Source: an uncultured Bacteroidota bacterium
GTDB taxonomy: Bacteria > Bacteroidota > Bacteroidia > UKL13-3
DNA length: 44,978 nt
NCBI GenBank assembly: GCA_903907885.1
Contig: CAIVPY010000214.1
Location: 1 to 44,978 of the forward strand
Direction: 5' to 3'
The translations under genes were made by a program, and so were the position numbers. Positions 28,238 through 37,958 of the stretch are shown piece after piece; positions within the stretch are counted from its first letter, which is position 1; every line of letters begins with the position of its first letter. Below the pieces are notes generated by a model, which was given only the letters and a program-made list of their open reading frames with translations, made no database searches and was not told where the DNA came from.

Positions 28238-29119
28238 TTAATTAGTGGTTGACAACTCTTTTTTAATAGGTTTATCAGCCAACATGTGAAGCAATTCGCT
28301 TAGTTTACTTCTTAGCGCTGTTCGAGAAACGATTAAATCCACAAAACCATGTTCTAATAAAAACTCTGAGCTTTGAAAACCTTTAGGTAAATCTTTACCA
28401 ATGGTTTCTTTAATTACTCGCGGTCCAGCAAAACCAATTAAGGCTTCAGGCTCTGCAATATTTACATCGCCTAACATGGCAAAACTAGCCGTTACGCCTC
28501 CTGTGGTAGGATCGGTTAATAACGAAATATATGGTACACCTGCTTGAGCCAATAAAGCTAATTTAGCTGAAGTTTTAGCCATTTGCATTAAGCTAAAAGC
28601 TGCTTCCATCATTCTAGCTCCACCGCTTTTTGATATTACCATTACAGGTATTTTGTTCACTCTTCCATAATCAATAGCACGTGCTATTTTTTCTCCCATC
28701 ACACTCCCCATGCTACCACCAATAAAACCAAAATCCATACAAGCCACCACCAATTCTATATCTTCATCAATATTTCCAACAGCTACCCGCATGGCATCTG
28801 TCAAACCGCTTTTCTTCTGACTTTCTTCAAGCCTAATTTTATATGCCTTGGTATCTGTAAATTTTAAAGGGTCTGTGGGTGTAATATTTGAAAACAATTC
28901 GGTGTAATTACCATCACCAAATAACACTTGAAAATATTCTAAGGAGCCAATTTTATCATGGTAATTACAACTGATACACACATACATATTAGAAGCATGA
29001 TCCGAAGATAAAATAGCCTTTTTACATCGTGGACACTTGTGCCACAATCCATCAGGTACTGATTTTTTATCGGAAGTAGATGTTGTTATTCCTTCTATTT
29101 TACGTTTAAACCAACTCAT
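28238..29119 (-). CDS. accD: Acetyl-CoA carboxylase carboxyltransferase subunit beta
   Basis: N-terminal zinc ribbon CPRCKK...CISCNYH, followed by a carboxyltransferase core (MGGSMGSVMGEKI, SGGARMMEA). Confidence 0.95.
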   Translation of the reverse strand: MSWFKRKIEGITTSTSDKKSVPDGLWHKCPRCKKAILSSDHASNMYVCISCNYHDKIGSLEYFQVLFGDGNYTELFSNITPTDPLKFTDTKAYKIRLEESQKKSGLTDAMRVAVGNIDEDIELVVACMDFGFIGGSMGSVMGEKIARAIDYGRVNKIPVMVISKSGGARMMEAAFSLMQMAKTSAKLALLAQAGVPYISLLTDPTTGGVTASFAMLGDVNIAEPEALIGFAGPRVIKETIGKDLPKGFQSSEFLLEHGFVDLIVSRTALRSKLSELLHMLADKPIKKELSTTN

Positions 29120-29174
29120 TTTAATTTGAAAATTTAAAGATTTGAAAATTTGTTAAATGCACTAAACACAAATA

Positions 29175-29215
29175 AAAATGAGATAATTTAAAGTGTTTTC
29201 AAATTATCTCATTTT
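29175..29215 (-). terminator. Hairpin terminator downstream of fbaB
   Basis: Perfect 15-bp stem AAAATGAGATAATTT / AAATTATCTCATTTT with an 11-nt loop. It starts 20 nt after the fbaB stop and is followed on the minus strand by UAUUUGUGUU. Confidence 0.65.
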
Positions 29216-29234
29216 AAAATTATCAAATTGCTTT

Positions 29235-30299
29235 TTATGCGATTGTAATTGAATTATCTAAATAAACATCTTGGATAGCGTTTAATAAAGCTATGCCTTC
29301 ATTTACTGGTTTTTGAAATGCTTTACGTCCTGATATCAATCCTTGTCCGCCTGCGCGTTTGTTGATTACTGCTGTCATTACAGCTTCAGACATATCACTT
29401 GCACCTTTGCTCTCGCCACCTGAGTTTATTAAGCCTTGGCGACCCATATAGCAATTTGCTACTTGGTAACGAGCTAAATCAATTGGATGGTTTGATGAAA
29501 GTTCTGTATAAACCTTATCGTGAGTTTTACCAAAATTAATGGCTGTATAACCACCATTGTTTGTTGGCAGTTTTTGCTTGATGATATCTGCTTGGATGGT
29601 AACACCTAAATGATTAGCTTGACCTGTTAAATCGGCTGCTGTGTGATAATCAACACCATCTTTTTTGAATGAGTTGTTACGCAAATAACACCATAAAATG
29701 GTAGCCATACCCAACTCGTGTGCACGCTCAAAAGCGGCTGCTACTTCTTGTATTTGACGACCCGACTCATCTGATCCAAAATAAATGGTTGCACCCACTG
29801 CAGTAGCACCTAAGTTCCAAGCTTCATCTACAGAACCAAACATGATTTGGTCAAATTTATTAGGGTATGATAAAAATTCGTTATGGTTGATTTTTACAAT
29901 GAAAGGTATTTTATGGGCATATTTACGAGAGCAAGCCGCCAACACGCCATAAGTAGAAGCAACTGCGTTGCAACCACCTTCAATAGCCAATTTAATAATG
30001 TTTTCTGGATCGAAGAAAGCTGGGTTTGGTGCGAAAGAAGCACCTGCCGAATGCTCAATTCCTTGGTCAACAGGAAGAATTGAAACATAACCTGTATTAG
30101 CTAAACGACCAGTGCCATATAAAGCTCCAAGACTTCTTAATACTTGTGGTGAACGGTTTGTACCTGCAAAAACCCTATCAATAAAATCTGGCCCTGGCAA
30201 ATGCAAGCTGCTTTTTGAGATGGTTTTACACTCGTGATTTAATAATGATTCGGCTTTGTCGCCTAAAAGTTCTGCTGTTTTTGAAGTGGCTGAATTCAT
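29235..30299 (-). CDS. fbaB: Class I fructose-bisphosphate aldolase (DhnA/FbaB type)
   Basis: From [27 protein letters not shown]...[13 protein letters not shown]... the protein is ~354 aa with the typical FbaB layout. The 455-aa track ORF has a 101-aa extension that overlaps the upstream radical SAM gene, so I discarded the extension. Confidence 0.9.
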   Translation of the reverse strand: MNSATSKTAELLGDKAESLLNHECKTISKSSLHLPGPDFIDRVFAGTNRSPQVLRSLGALYGTGRLANTGYVSILPVDQGIEHSAGASFAPNPAFFDPENIIKLAIEGGCNAVASTYGVLAACSRKYAHKIPFIVKINHNEFLSYPNKFDQIMFGSVDEAWNLGATAVGATIYFGSDESGRQIQEVAAAFERAHELGMATILWCYLRNNSFKKDGVDYHTAADLTGQANHLGVTIQADIIKQKLPTNNGGYTAINFGKTHDKVYTELSSNHPIDLARYQVANCYMGRQGLINSGGESKGASDMSEAVMTAVINKRAGGQGLISGRKAFQKPVNEGIALLNAIQDVYLDNSITIA

Positions 30300-30396
30300 A
30301 ATTATAAAAAATTTCGACAAACTTACACTTTTTTGGCAAAGTGAGAAGCTTTTATGAATTTTCTTAGTTTTGAATAGTTTGTATGAAATTCGTCTA

Positions 30397-31431
30397 TTAC
30401 GCTCCCCACACTTTTGTTCCTTCTGTACAATTAGTGCAGATATCAATTTCTTTGCGGCTTTTAAGTATGGCTTGTCTAAAATTATTATATTGTTTGCCTT
30501 TCCATACATCAGTAAAATGTTGGTTACTAACATCGCCAAAACGGTGTGTGGCATCTTTGTCAAAACAGCAAGGCACAACCAAACCGTCCCAAGTAATAAC
30601 ACTTCCTCGCCACATTCGCCAACATTGGTTTAATAGTTTGTTTTTTATTTCGTAGCCATTTTCGGTTTTGCGATAACGAGCTAAATCTTCGTTTTTTGGT
30701 ATAAAATTATCGCTGGTTTTATAGTCATAAATTTGAGCCGTTTTTATACCCAATTCATCAACCCCAATTTGTTTGGCCAATTTTTTTATTTCGGGAAGTT
30801 GATGCTCGTTATGCTTAAATACAATAAACTGCCAAATGATATGAGGTGTGGTTTTATTTAACTTTTTTTTCCAATACAATAACCTTTCAGTGCCTTCAAT
30901 TACCTTTTCTACATTACCGCCAATTCTATACTTGCCATAGGTTTCTTGCGTTGTACCATCAATTGAAATAATTAGCCTATCAAGCCCACTTTCTATGGTT
31001 GCTTTTGCCATTTCATCTGTAAAATAATGGGCATTGCTGCTAGTAGCAGTGTAAATATTTTTTGAAGCGGCATATTTTACAAACTCTAAAAACTGCTTAT
31101 TTAAAAAGGGCTCACCTTGAAAATACAAAATTAACCAAATCAAATCCTCGTGTATTTCGTCTATGGTTTTCTTGTATAATTCTAAATCAAGCATCCCCGT
31201 GTTGCGAGTAAACTCACGCAATCCGCTCGGACATTGAGGACAACGCAAATTGCAACTTGTTGTTGGCTCAATCTCCATGCTCAATGGCATACCCCATTGA
31301 ATGGGCTTTTTAATGGTTTTAGAAATGTAGTAGCTGCTAAACAATTTGATGGCATTGAAAATACGCCTATTGTTTAGCTTTGATAATACATTGATGCCGT
31401 CTCTTATGTTTCTATTCATGAAGCGAGGCAA
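30397..31431 (-). CDS. Radical SAM enzyme with a SPASM/Twitch-like C-terminal Cys-rich domain
   Basis: CxxxCxxC at SCNLRCPQC. The C-terminus has [20 protein letters not shown] (Cx13Gx4C-like) and ICTNC. Coordinate 31431 is a TTG; the first ATG is at 31419. Confidence 0.85.
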   Translation of the reverse strand: MPRFMNRNIRDGINVLSKLNNRRIFNAIKLFSSYYISKTIKKPIQWGMPLSMEIEPTTSCNLRCPQCPSGLREFTRNTGMLDLELYKKTIDEIHEDLIWLILYFQGEPFLNKQFLEFVKYAASKNIYTATSSNAHYFTDEMAKATIESGLDRLIISIDGTTQETYGKYRIGGNVEKVIEGTERLLYWKKKLNKTTPHIIWQFIVFKHNEHQLPEIKKLAKQIGVDELGIKTAQIYDYKTSDNFIPKNEDLARYRKTENGYEIKNKLLNQCWRMWRGSVITWDGLVVPCCFDKDATHRFGDVSNQHFTDVWKGKQYNNFRQAILKSRKEIDICTNCTEGTKVWGA

Positions 31432-31466
31432 ACATACAAGATGTATTGAATTTAGTTAAAGAATTA

Positions 31467-32423
31467 TTATGCTTTTCTTGAAATGGCTTTCAATGCTGCA
31501 TCAACAATGTTGCTTTTGTCTAAACCATATTTTACCATCAATTCGTCAGGTGTTCCACTTTCACCAAAACTGTCGTTTACTGCCACATATTCGATTGGTG
31601 CTGGATAATTCAGGGCTAATACTTGGGCAACACTATCTCCCAATCCACCATTCATTTGGTGCTCTTCGGCAGTTACCACACAGCGTGTTTTTCTAACTGA
31701 ATTCAAAATAGCATCTACATCTAGTGGCTTGATGGTATGAATGTTTATCACTTCAGCACTGATGCCTTTTTTCGCTAGAATATGACCTGCTTCGATAGCT
31801 TTCCATACAAGATGACCAGTTGCAAAAATCGAAACATCTGTACCCTCGCTTAGCATTAAAGCTTTGCCAATTTCAAATTTGGCATTGGCATCAGTAAAAT
31901 TTGGAACTGCTGGGCGACCAAATCTTAAATACACAGGTCCGTTTAATTCAGCAATGGCAAGGGTTGCTGCTTTGGTTTGGTTAAAATCGCAAGGGTTTAT
32001 TACTGTCATGCCCGGAAGCATTTTCATCATCCCAATGTCCTCTAAAATTTGATGCGTGGCACCATCTTCACCTAAGGTTATACCCGCATGTGAAGCACAA
32101 ATTTTCACGTTCTTTCCGCTATAAGCAATCGATTGACGTATTTGATCATACACGCGACCTGTACTAAAATTGGCAAATGTGCCTGTAAAAGGAATCCATC
32201 CACCAATGGTCAAACCTGCGGCAATACCCATCATATTGGCCTCGGCAATACCCACTTGGAAAAATCTTTCGGGAAAATCTTTTTTGAAAGCATCCATTTT
32301 TAATGACCCAATTAGGTCGGCACAAAGCGCTACTGTTCTAGGGTTAGATTTACCCAGTTCGTGTAAGCCTTCTCCAAATCCACTACGCGTATCTTTAACA
32401 TTTTGTATCTCAAAAGTTTTCAT
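31467..32423 (-). CDS. Transketolase, C-terminal (pyrimidine-binding) subunit of a split enzyme
   Basis: [23 protein letters not shown], and a C-terminal transketolase_C-like region; 318 aa. Confidence 0.93.
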   Translation of the reverse strand: MKTFEIQNVKDTRSGFGEGLHELGKSNPRTVALCADLIGSLKMDAFKKDFPERFFQVGIAEANMMGIAAGLTIGGWIPFTGTFANFSTGRVYDQIRQSIAYSGKNVKICASHAGITLGEDGATHQILEDIGMMKMLPGMTVINPCDFNQTKAATLAIAELNGPVYLRFGRPAVPNFTDANAKFEIGKALMLSEGTDVSIFATGHLVWKAIEAGHILAKKGISAEVINIHTIKPLDVDAILNSVRKTRCVVTAEEHQMNGGLGDSVAQVLALNYPAPIEYVAVNDSFGESGTPDELMVKYGLDKSNIVDAALKAISRKA

Positions 32424-32441
32424 ATAAGGTGTATTCTATTT

Positions 32442-33836
32442 TTAATAAAAAGTAATATTTGTTGCAACTCCAGAGCTGATTTTAAATTGTCTTTCAAAAG
32501 TATTATTGGTTCGGGTAGCACCTTTGGCTCTGTATATAATTTTATAATCTCCAGGTTGGATTACTATAGTGTGTTTTCTGCTTTCAACCGGAAGTTTACA
32601 AACCCATACCATTTCGTTTCGTACCATTTGATACACATCAGCATAATAGTCGGCAAGGTTATAGTTCAAAACCAATTTGCCGGGCTGAGGAATTTGCATG
32701 GTAGTTACAGTACTCTGATCAACTGAAACATCTTTAAAAAGTAAACGTGGCAATGTTAAAACCTCAATATCATATTTACCTACAATATATTTTTCTTTAT
32801 AGTTTGCATCTTGAACATGAAGTGTTTTGTAATCACCTGCTTTACGGGTAATAAATTGTAATTTATCATATTGTGTTAAACCGTCCACCCTAAGCATTAA
32901 CTCTCCTTGGGGAGCATCAACTGCAATAGTGGTATGTTTACCAGGAGTCATGCTAATGTTTTCTTTTACTACAGGGGGAATGGTGTGAACCACCATTCGA
33001 TATTTGTAAATTGGGTCTAATTGAACGGTATCTGGGTTACCGCGTTCATTAATGGTATGCATATAATTATACATCAGTTGCTTGGTGTCCATGTCATAAA
33101 AACTCATGTTCACATTGCTTTCTGTTGGTTTACTATACACATCAAGTAGATTGACTGTGGCTGTTGTATTGTTTAATGCTTGTGAGATAACCACATTTAA
33201 TACGGTATTAAAATCTTCTTCTGTGTTAGCATCGTAGTACCTTCCCACACATTCAAAAGCTTTTCTAAAGTCTTCGGTAGAACCAAGCCCAATAATAAAG
33301 GGTTTTAACACAATCCCTTGGCTTTGCAATGCTTCAGACACAGCACAAGGGTCGCCTGCACACTCTTCAATACCATCAGTAATTAATACAATAACATTTC
33401 TAGTGTAAGGTTCTTTAGGAAAATCGTAAGCTGCTTGTTGCAATGAATAAGCAATCAAAGTTGTTCCTTTAGGAGTAATAGAAGCTATTTTTTTCTTAAT
33501 CTCAGCGTGATTTTTTTCTTTAAAAGGCACTTCAAGTCTGGTGTCGCGGCAATCTCTTTTTTGTGGTGGGCTGGTATGACCATAAACTCGCAATGCTATT
33601 TCTACATTTTTTGCCTTCTCTAAGCTATCAACAATTTTAGTAAGAAGCTTTTTTGCCACATTAATCCTAAAATCATTATCCATTCGCGCATACATACTAC
33701 CCGATCCATCCAACAAAAACAAAATGCGTGTTTTAATGGGGTGCATCGCCTGCTGTGCCGATGTTCTGAAACCGATTAATGTCAGAAGCAAGCAAGCAAT
33801 AAAACTTAACTTATTGAACTTAGTAATGTGTGTCAA
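32442..33836 (-). CDS. Secreted von Willebrand factor A (vWA) domain protein
   Basis: MIDAS motif ILFLLDGSGSM, followed by a beta-rich C-terminal region. The track ORF (to 33923) overlaps the upstream tkt gene. A TTG at 33836 gives a clean signal peptide (M)THITKFNKLSFIACLLLTLIGFRTSAQQ. The start remains uncertain. Confidence 0.75.
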   Translation of the reverse strand: MTHITKFNKLSFIACLLLTLIGFRTSAQQAMHPIKTRILFLLDGSGSMYARMDNDFRINVAKKLLTKIVDSLEKAKNVEIALRVYGHTSPPQKRDCRDTRLEVPFKEKNHAEIKKKIASITPKGTTLIAYSLQQAAYDFPKEPYTRNVIVLITDGIEECAGDPCAVSEALQSQGIVLKPFIIGLGSTEDFRKAFECVGRYYDANTEEDFNTVLNVVISQALNNTTATVNLLDVYSKPTESNVNMSFYDMDTKQLMYNYMHTINERGNPDTVQLDPIYKYRMVVHTIPPVVKENISMTPGKHTTIAVDAPQGELMLRVDGLTQYDKLQFITRKAGDYKTLHVQDANYKEKYIVGKYDIEVLTLPRLLFKDVSVDQSTVTTMQIPQPGKLVLNYNLADYYADVYQMVRNEMVWVCKLPVESRKHTIVIQPGDYKIIYRAKGATRTNNTFERQFKISSGVATNITFY

Positions 33837-33849
33837 TGGTTTTGTAATA

Positions 33850-34695
33850 TTAATAATCTCCCAAACTTGATGGCAGTTGAGATAAGGCTTTTTCCAGTTC
33901 AGCATCATTGGGTGCAACCCCATGCCATTTGTGACTTCCCATCATAAAATCAATAGGGTAACCCATTTCTGTTTTCATGATGATGAATATTGGTTGCCCA
34001 TGACCAGTTTGCCTTTTAGCTCTTTCCATTACATCAATAATTTCCGGAAAACTATGACCATTCATTTTATAAACTTTCCAACCAAAAGCAGTTAGTTTTG
34101 CTTCAATATCCTCGCCTATCCCCATTACATTCTGGGTTGATCCGTCAATTTGTTGGCCGTTATAATCTATAGTAACTATTAAATTATCAACCTTATTGTG
34201 AGCAGCATACATGAATGCTTCCCAGTTTTGACCTTCTTCAATCTCTCCGTCACCCATTAAGGCATACACAATTTTATCATCGTTGTTTAGCTTTTTAGCC
34301 AATGCTGCGCCAATAGCAACAGAAACCCCTTGACCTAATGAGCCCGATGCTATTCGCACACCAGGCAAATGCTCGTGTGTGGTTGGGTGACCTTGTAAGC
34401 GGGTATTTAGCCTGCGAAATGTCTTTAGCTCACTTATGGGAAAATACCCAGAGCGAGCTAAAACACTATAAAATACTGGTGAAATATGTCCGTTTGAAAG
34501 AAAGAAAACATCTTCATTGGTGCCATCCATTTTAAAATTAGTATTGTGCTCCATAATATGGAAATACAAAGCTGTTAAAAAGTCTGCACAACCTAATGAA
34601 CCTCCAGGGTGACCCGATTTACAACCATGAACCATACGAAGAACGTCTCTGCGAACCTGTGTTGAAGTGTGTTGAAGTGGTTTCGTATCAATCAT
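33850..34695 (-). CDS. Transketolase, N-terminal (ThDP-binding) subunit of a split enzyme
   Basis: GHPGGSLGCADFL, LSNGH and the GDGEIEEGQNWEA ThDP/Mg motif; 281 aa. Confidence 0.93.
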   Translation of the reverse strand: MIDTKPLQHTSTQVRRDVLRMVHGCKSGHPGGSLGCADFLTALYFHIMEHNTNFKMDGTNEDVFFLSNGHISPVFYSVLARSGYFPISELKTFRRLNTRLQGHPTTHEHLPGVRIASGSLGQGVSVAIGAALAKKLNNDDKIVYALMGDGEIEEGQNWEAFMYAAHNKVDNLIVTIDYNGQQIDGSTQNVMGIGEDIEAKLTAFGWKVYKMNGHSFPEIIDVMERAKRQTGHGQPIFIIMKTEMGYPIDFMMGSHKWHGVAPNDAELEKALSQLPSSLGDY

Positions 34696-34698
34696 TTT

Positions 34699-35271
34699 TT
34701 ATTTCAAATAATCTAGTAAGAAAAATATTAAGCCTATTACGAAAATCAATCCTCCAATGCCACCTACTGTAACTCCTAATCCACCCAAAGCAAAGGTTAA
34801 AACTGCACCTACTAAAATTATTATTAAACCAGCAATCATCCATTTCACTCCATCAATTTCTAATTGTGTTTTAGTGGTGTCTTGCTTATCAAGTTTGTTG
34901 CTTGGTTTGCTGGTTTGTTCTTTTACAATCGTGTTAATTTTATTGATTTTTTTTACCAATGATTTATTTATAGAGTGTGTGTTTGTTGTTTTCACAGTTT
35001 GTGCCAAAATGCTTGCCACTTCTTCTAAGTGTGTATTTGCAGAAACCACCACATTTTTAGTTTCAATTGATGCTAGCAAATATTTACTTGCTTGCACATT
35101 GCTTCTATATGTTTTTGAAGCAATCTCATTTACTTTAATTGATGTTTTTTTAACTATTTCTTGCTTAGGGCTATCTGATTTTACCCGGCTCAAATACGAA
35201 TACCTTTGTGAGCAAGAACTGATACCTAATGTGATGATGAGTGCCAACAAGGCAAGGTTTATTTTTTTCAT
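34699..35271 (-). CDS. Hypothetical lipoprotein / membrane protein
   Basis: Lipobox LGISSC, a Lys/Thr/Ser-rich middle, and a C-terminal Gly-rich double TM segment (WMIAGLIIILVGAVLTFALGGLGVTVGGIGGLIFVIGLIFFLL). It lies 3 nt upstream of tkt-N. Confidence 0.55.
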   Translation of the reverse strand: MKKINLALLALIITLGISSCSQRYSYLSRVKSDSPKQEIVKKTSIKVNEIASKTYRSNVQASKYLLASIETKNVVVSANTHLEEVASILAQTVKTTNTHSINKSLVKKINKINTIVKEQTSKPSNKLDKQDTTKTQLEIDGVKWMIAGLIIILVGAVLTFALGGLGVTVGGIGGLIFVIGLIFFLLDYLK

Positions 35272-35360
35272 GGTGTTAAATAATTTTTTGTCAAAAGTAT
35301 GAAATGACTGTGGATTAACTCACATTTGTTGCCCACATTTTAGGATAATTACCTAACAAC

Positions 35361-36923
35361 ATGAGAAAAACAATACAAATCACCGCACTTCCCGAAGAGC
35401 TTCACAACGATGAAAGTGTGAAAAACTATTTGCAAAGATTTTTAGGTGTGTCTGCACAAGAAATTTCAGGTTTCACTTATCAGAAAAAAAGCATTGATGC
35501 CCGTAAAAAACCCGTTAGGGTAATACTACAACTTGAAGTTTTTTTGAATGAAAAGCCTGAAGCAGACAGTATCGACTTTGATTTTAAGAATGTTGCAAAC
35601 GCACAAGAAGTTCATATTATTGGTGCGGGTCCTGCTGGATTTTTTGCTGCATTACAACTAATAGAATTAGGTTTAAAACCTGTCATTTTTGAGCGTGGTA
35701 AAGACGTGCGGGAACGTAGAAGAGATTTGGCGAACATCAATAAAAACAATACCGTAAATCCTGAAAGTAATTATTGTTTTGGTGAAGGAGGTGCTGGTAC
35801 ATACAGCGATGGTAAATTATATACTCGTAGCAACAAACGCGGTGACGTTATGCGGGTGCTGAAATTGCTTGTAAAACATGGAGCTGACAGCAATATTTTA
35901 TACGAAAGTCATCCCCATATTGGCACTAACAAACTACCTCAAATTATTACCGCCATTAGAGAAACAATTCTTAGCTGTGGTGGCGAAGTGCACTTTAACT
36001 CAAAGCTAACCGATATTGAAACAATAGACAATAAAGTTAAAAGCATTACCATTAATCAACATTCAAAATATAAAGTTAAAAATCTAATTCTTGCTACCGG
36101 GCATTCGGCAAGAGATGTTTTTGAATTGTTGCACAGAAAAAATATTTTGATTGAGGCAAAGCCATTCGCTCTAGGTGTTAGGATTGAACACCCTCAAGAT
36201 TTGATTGACAAAATACAATACAAATGTAGCGGTAAGCGTAGCGAATACCTGCCTGCTAGTAGTTATTCGTTGGTGCAGCAAGTTTCAGGTCGCGGTGTAT
36301 TTTCCTTTTGCATGTGTCCGGGTGGTATCATAGCTCCTGCCATGACCCATGCAGGCGAGATAGTGGTAAATGGTTGGAGTCCATCAAAAAGAAACAACCC
36401 TTACGCTAACAGTGGCATGGTGGTTTCGGTTGAATTACCCGATTTGAAAGGCTTTGAAAAGCATGGCCCATTAGCAGCAATGATGTTTCAGGCCTCGGTG
36501 GAGCAAAATTGTTTTGATAAGGCAGAGAAAAACCTGAAAGCGCCCGCTCAAAGGGTAGTTGATTTTGTAAACAAAAAGCATTCTCAAAGCCTTCCCGGTT
36601 GTTCATATCTGCCGGGAATTGTTAGTAGAAATCTCGATGATGTGTTGCCCGATTTTGTGCATAGAAGTTTGCGAGGAGCTTTACAAGAATTTGGCAAGAA
36701 AATGAGAGGTTATTATACCAATGAAGCGGTTTTGGTGGGTACCGAATCTCGCACCTCTTCTCCCGTTAAGATTCCTCGCCACCGCGATACTTTTGAGCAT
36801 ACACAAATACAAGGACTTTACCCGTGTGCCGAAGGTGCAGGATATGCAGGAGGTATTGTTTCAGCGGCCATGGATGGCGAAAACTGCGCTAAGGCTATTG
36901 CTAAGGTGATTGGGCTATTGTAG
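35361..36923 (+). CDS. NAD(P)/FAD-dependent oxidoreductase (COG2509-like FAD-dependent protein)
   Basis: HIIGAGPAGFFAAL dinucleotide motif, GEGGAGTYSDGKL, and C-terminal CAEGAGYAGGIVSAAMDG. Confidence 0.8.
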   Translation: MRKTIQITALPEELHNDESVKNYLQRFLGVSAQEISGFTYQKKSIDARKKPVRVILQLEVFLNEKPEADSIDFDFKNVANAQEVHIIGAGPAGFFAALQLIELGLKPVIFERGKDVRERRRDLANINKNNTVNPESNYCFGEGGAGTYSDGKLYTRSNKRGDVMRVLKLLVKHGADSNILYESHPHIGTNKLPQIITAIRETILSCGGEVHFNSKLTDIETIDNKVKSITINQHSKYKVKNLILATGHSARDVFELLHRKNILIEAKPFALGVRIEHPQDLIDKIQYKCSGKRSEYLPASSYSLVQQVSGRGVFSFCMCPGGIIAPAMTHAGEIVVNGWSPSKRNNPYANSGMVVSVELPDLKGFEKHGPLAAMMFQASVEQNCFDKAEKNLKAPAQRVVDFVNKKHSQSLPGCSYLPGIVSRNLDDVLPDFVHRSLRGALQEFGKKMRGYYTNEAVLVGTESRTSSPVKIPRHRDTFEHTQIQGLYPCAEGAGYAGGIVSAAMDGENCAKAIAKVIGLL

Positions 36924-36984
36924 AGTAATAAAAATAATGACCTCGATTCACATTGTGAATCTGGATTAAGTTGATATGAATATA

Positions 36985-37857
36985 TTAATAAACAGCTGCT
37001 ATCATTTCAGAAAGAAATTTTCTTTCCTTTAATAAATAACCATTACCTCTTACTAAAATATTTACTCTGATATTTTCAACTGAAATAGGAGCACCAAAAT
37101 CCACATCGGTAATATTGCTATGGTTGATGTCTTTTCCATCCACTAAAATAACGGCACCACTTCCAACAACTTCAAGCTCATTCCCATTGGTTACTATTAC
37201 ACCGGTATCTTCGCCCAATCCAATGCCTAAGCACTGAGGATTACTAGCAACTGCTTGTGCCAAGCGACTAAACCTACCACGTTTATCAAAATGCGAATCT
37301 ATAATAACATTGGCGATAAATGCTAAACCTGTGGTAATTTTTACTTCGCCTTTTAAATGTGCCAATTCGCTTTTACCTTGATAAATCATTGTATTACTCA
37401 TTGCCATTGCTCCTGCGCTTGTTCCAGCTATCACAAAATTATCTTCATACAAATACCTATCATGAAGAATTTGGTATATTTCAGTACCACCAAAAATGCT
37501 GGTCAATCGCAATTGGTCGCCACCACTAAACATGGCACAATTACAGTTTTTAATACGTTCAATATATTCTGAATTATTGGCATCGGCACGATTACGAATA
37601 TCAATAACGCCTACATTGGTACAGCCAATTTTTCCAAATGAGTTTAAATAATTTTCACCTACTTCTGCAGGTATAGATGAAGCCGTAGTAATAACTTCTA
37701 TACGTTTATCAGTTCCGCCTGTTTCAACAACTATGCGTTTAAGAATTCCTAGTTCAAAAAAGTTTAAACGATTGCGTTGAATAAATCCTTGCTCTAAGTC
37801 TGTGCCCTTATCTTCAGCCCCTCCAACTGAAATTAGCTTACCTTTTGGTTTTTCCAA
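36985..37857 (-). CDS. cphE: Cyanophycinase (peptidase S51)
   Basis: LISVGGAEDKG N-terminal signature, MFSGGDQ, and the nucleophile-Ser context IAGTSAGAMAMS. It is divergent from cphA. Confidence 0.85.
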   Translation of the reverse strand: MEKPKGKLISVGGAEDKGTDLEQGFIQRNRLNFFELGILKRIVVETGGTDKRIEVITTASSIPAEVGENYLNSFGKIGCTNVGVIDIRNRADANNSEYIERIKNCNCAMFSGGDQLRLTSIFGGTEIYQILHDRYLYEDNFVIAGTSAGAMAMSNTMIYQGKSELAHLKGEVKITTGLAFIANVIIDSHFDKRGRFSRLAQAVASNPQCLGIGLGEDTGVIVTNGNELEVVGSGAVILVDGKDINHSNITDVDFGAPISVENIRVNILVRGNGYLLKERKFLSEMIAAVY

Positions 37858-37958
37858 TGTATTTTATTTATTATTGTTTCTGAAGTGTGCGAATATAATC
37901 TTACACACAAAACCAACAAACTAAAAACAATTAACAATCAACATATCAATTTGTAACC

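Noticed and set aside
30300-30602. 101-aa N-terminal extension of the aldolase ORF (track ORF 29235..30602)
   Set aside because: The extension overlaps the 3' end of the radical SAM gene and does not resemble FbaB. The internal Met at 30299 gives a canonical-length class I aldolase.
33837-33923. Apparent 74-nt overlap between the vWA ORF and the transketolase N-subunit gene
   Set aside because: This is an artefact of taking the first ATG. The upstream residues precede the signal peptide, and a TTG at 33836 gives a normal secreted-protein N-terminus without overlap.
34757-35302. 181-aa plus-strand ORF, together with other long antisense ORFs (for example 13077..13496 +, 903..1268 -, 22414..22806 -, 11729..12028 +, 39164..39448 -)
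   Set aside because: Each lies entirely inside a well-supported gene on the opposite strand. Their compositions are typical of shadow ORFs in AT-rich DNA (Leu/Phe/Ile/Ser-rich, no motifs). I treat them as non-coding.
36930-36965. Short palindrome GATTCAC-ATT-GTGAATC between the convergent FAD-protein and cphE genes, considered as a terminator
   Set aside because: It has only a 7-bp stem and no U-tract on either strand. That is too weak to call.
37858-37958. GTGTG...CACAC inverted repeat in the cphE/cphA divergent promoter region, considered as a regulator (for example NtcA-like) site
   Set aside because: The arms are only 5 bp with a 14-nt spacer, and there is no match I can justify to a known operator consensus. 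It is likely chance.
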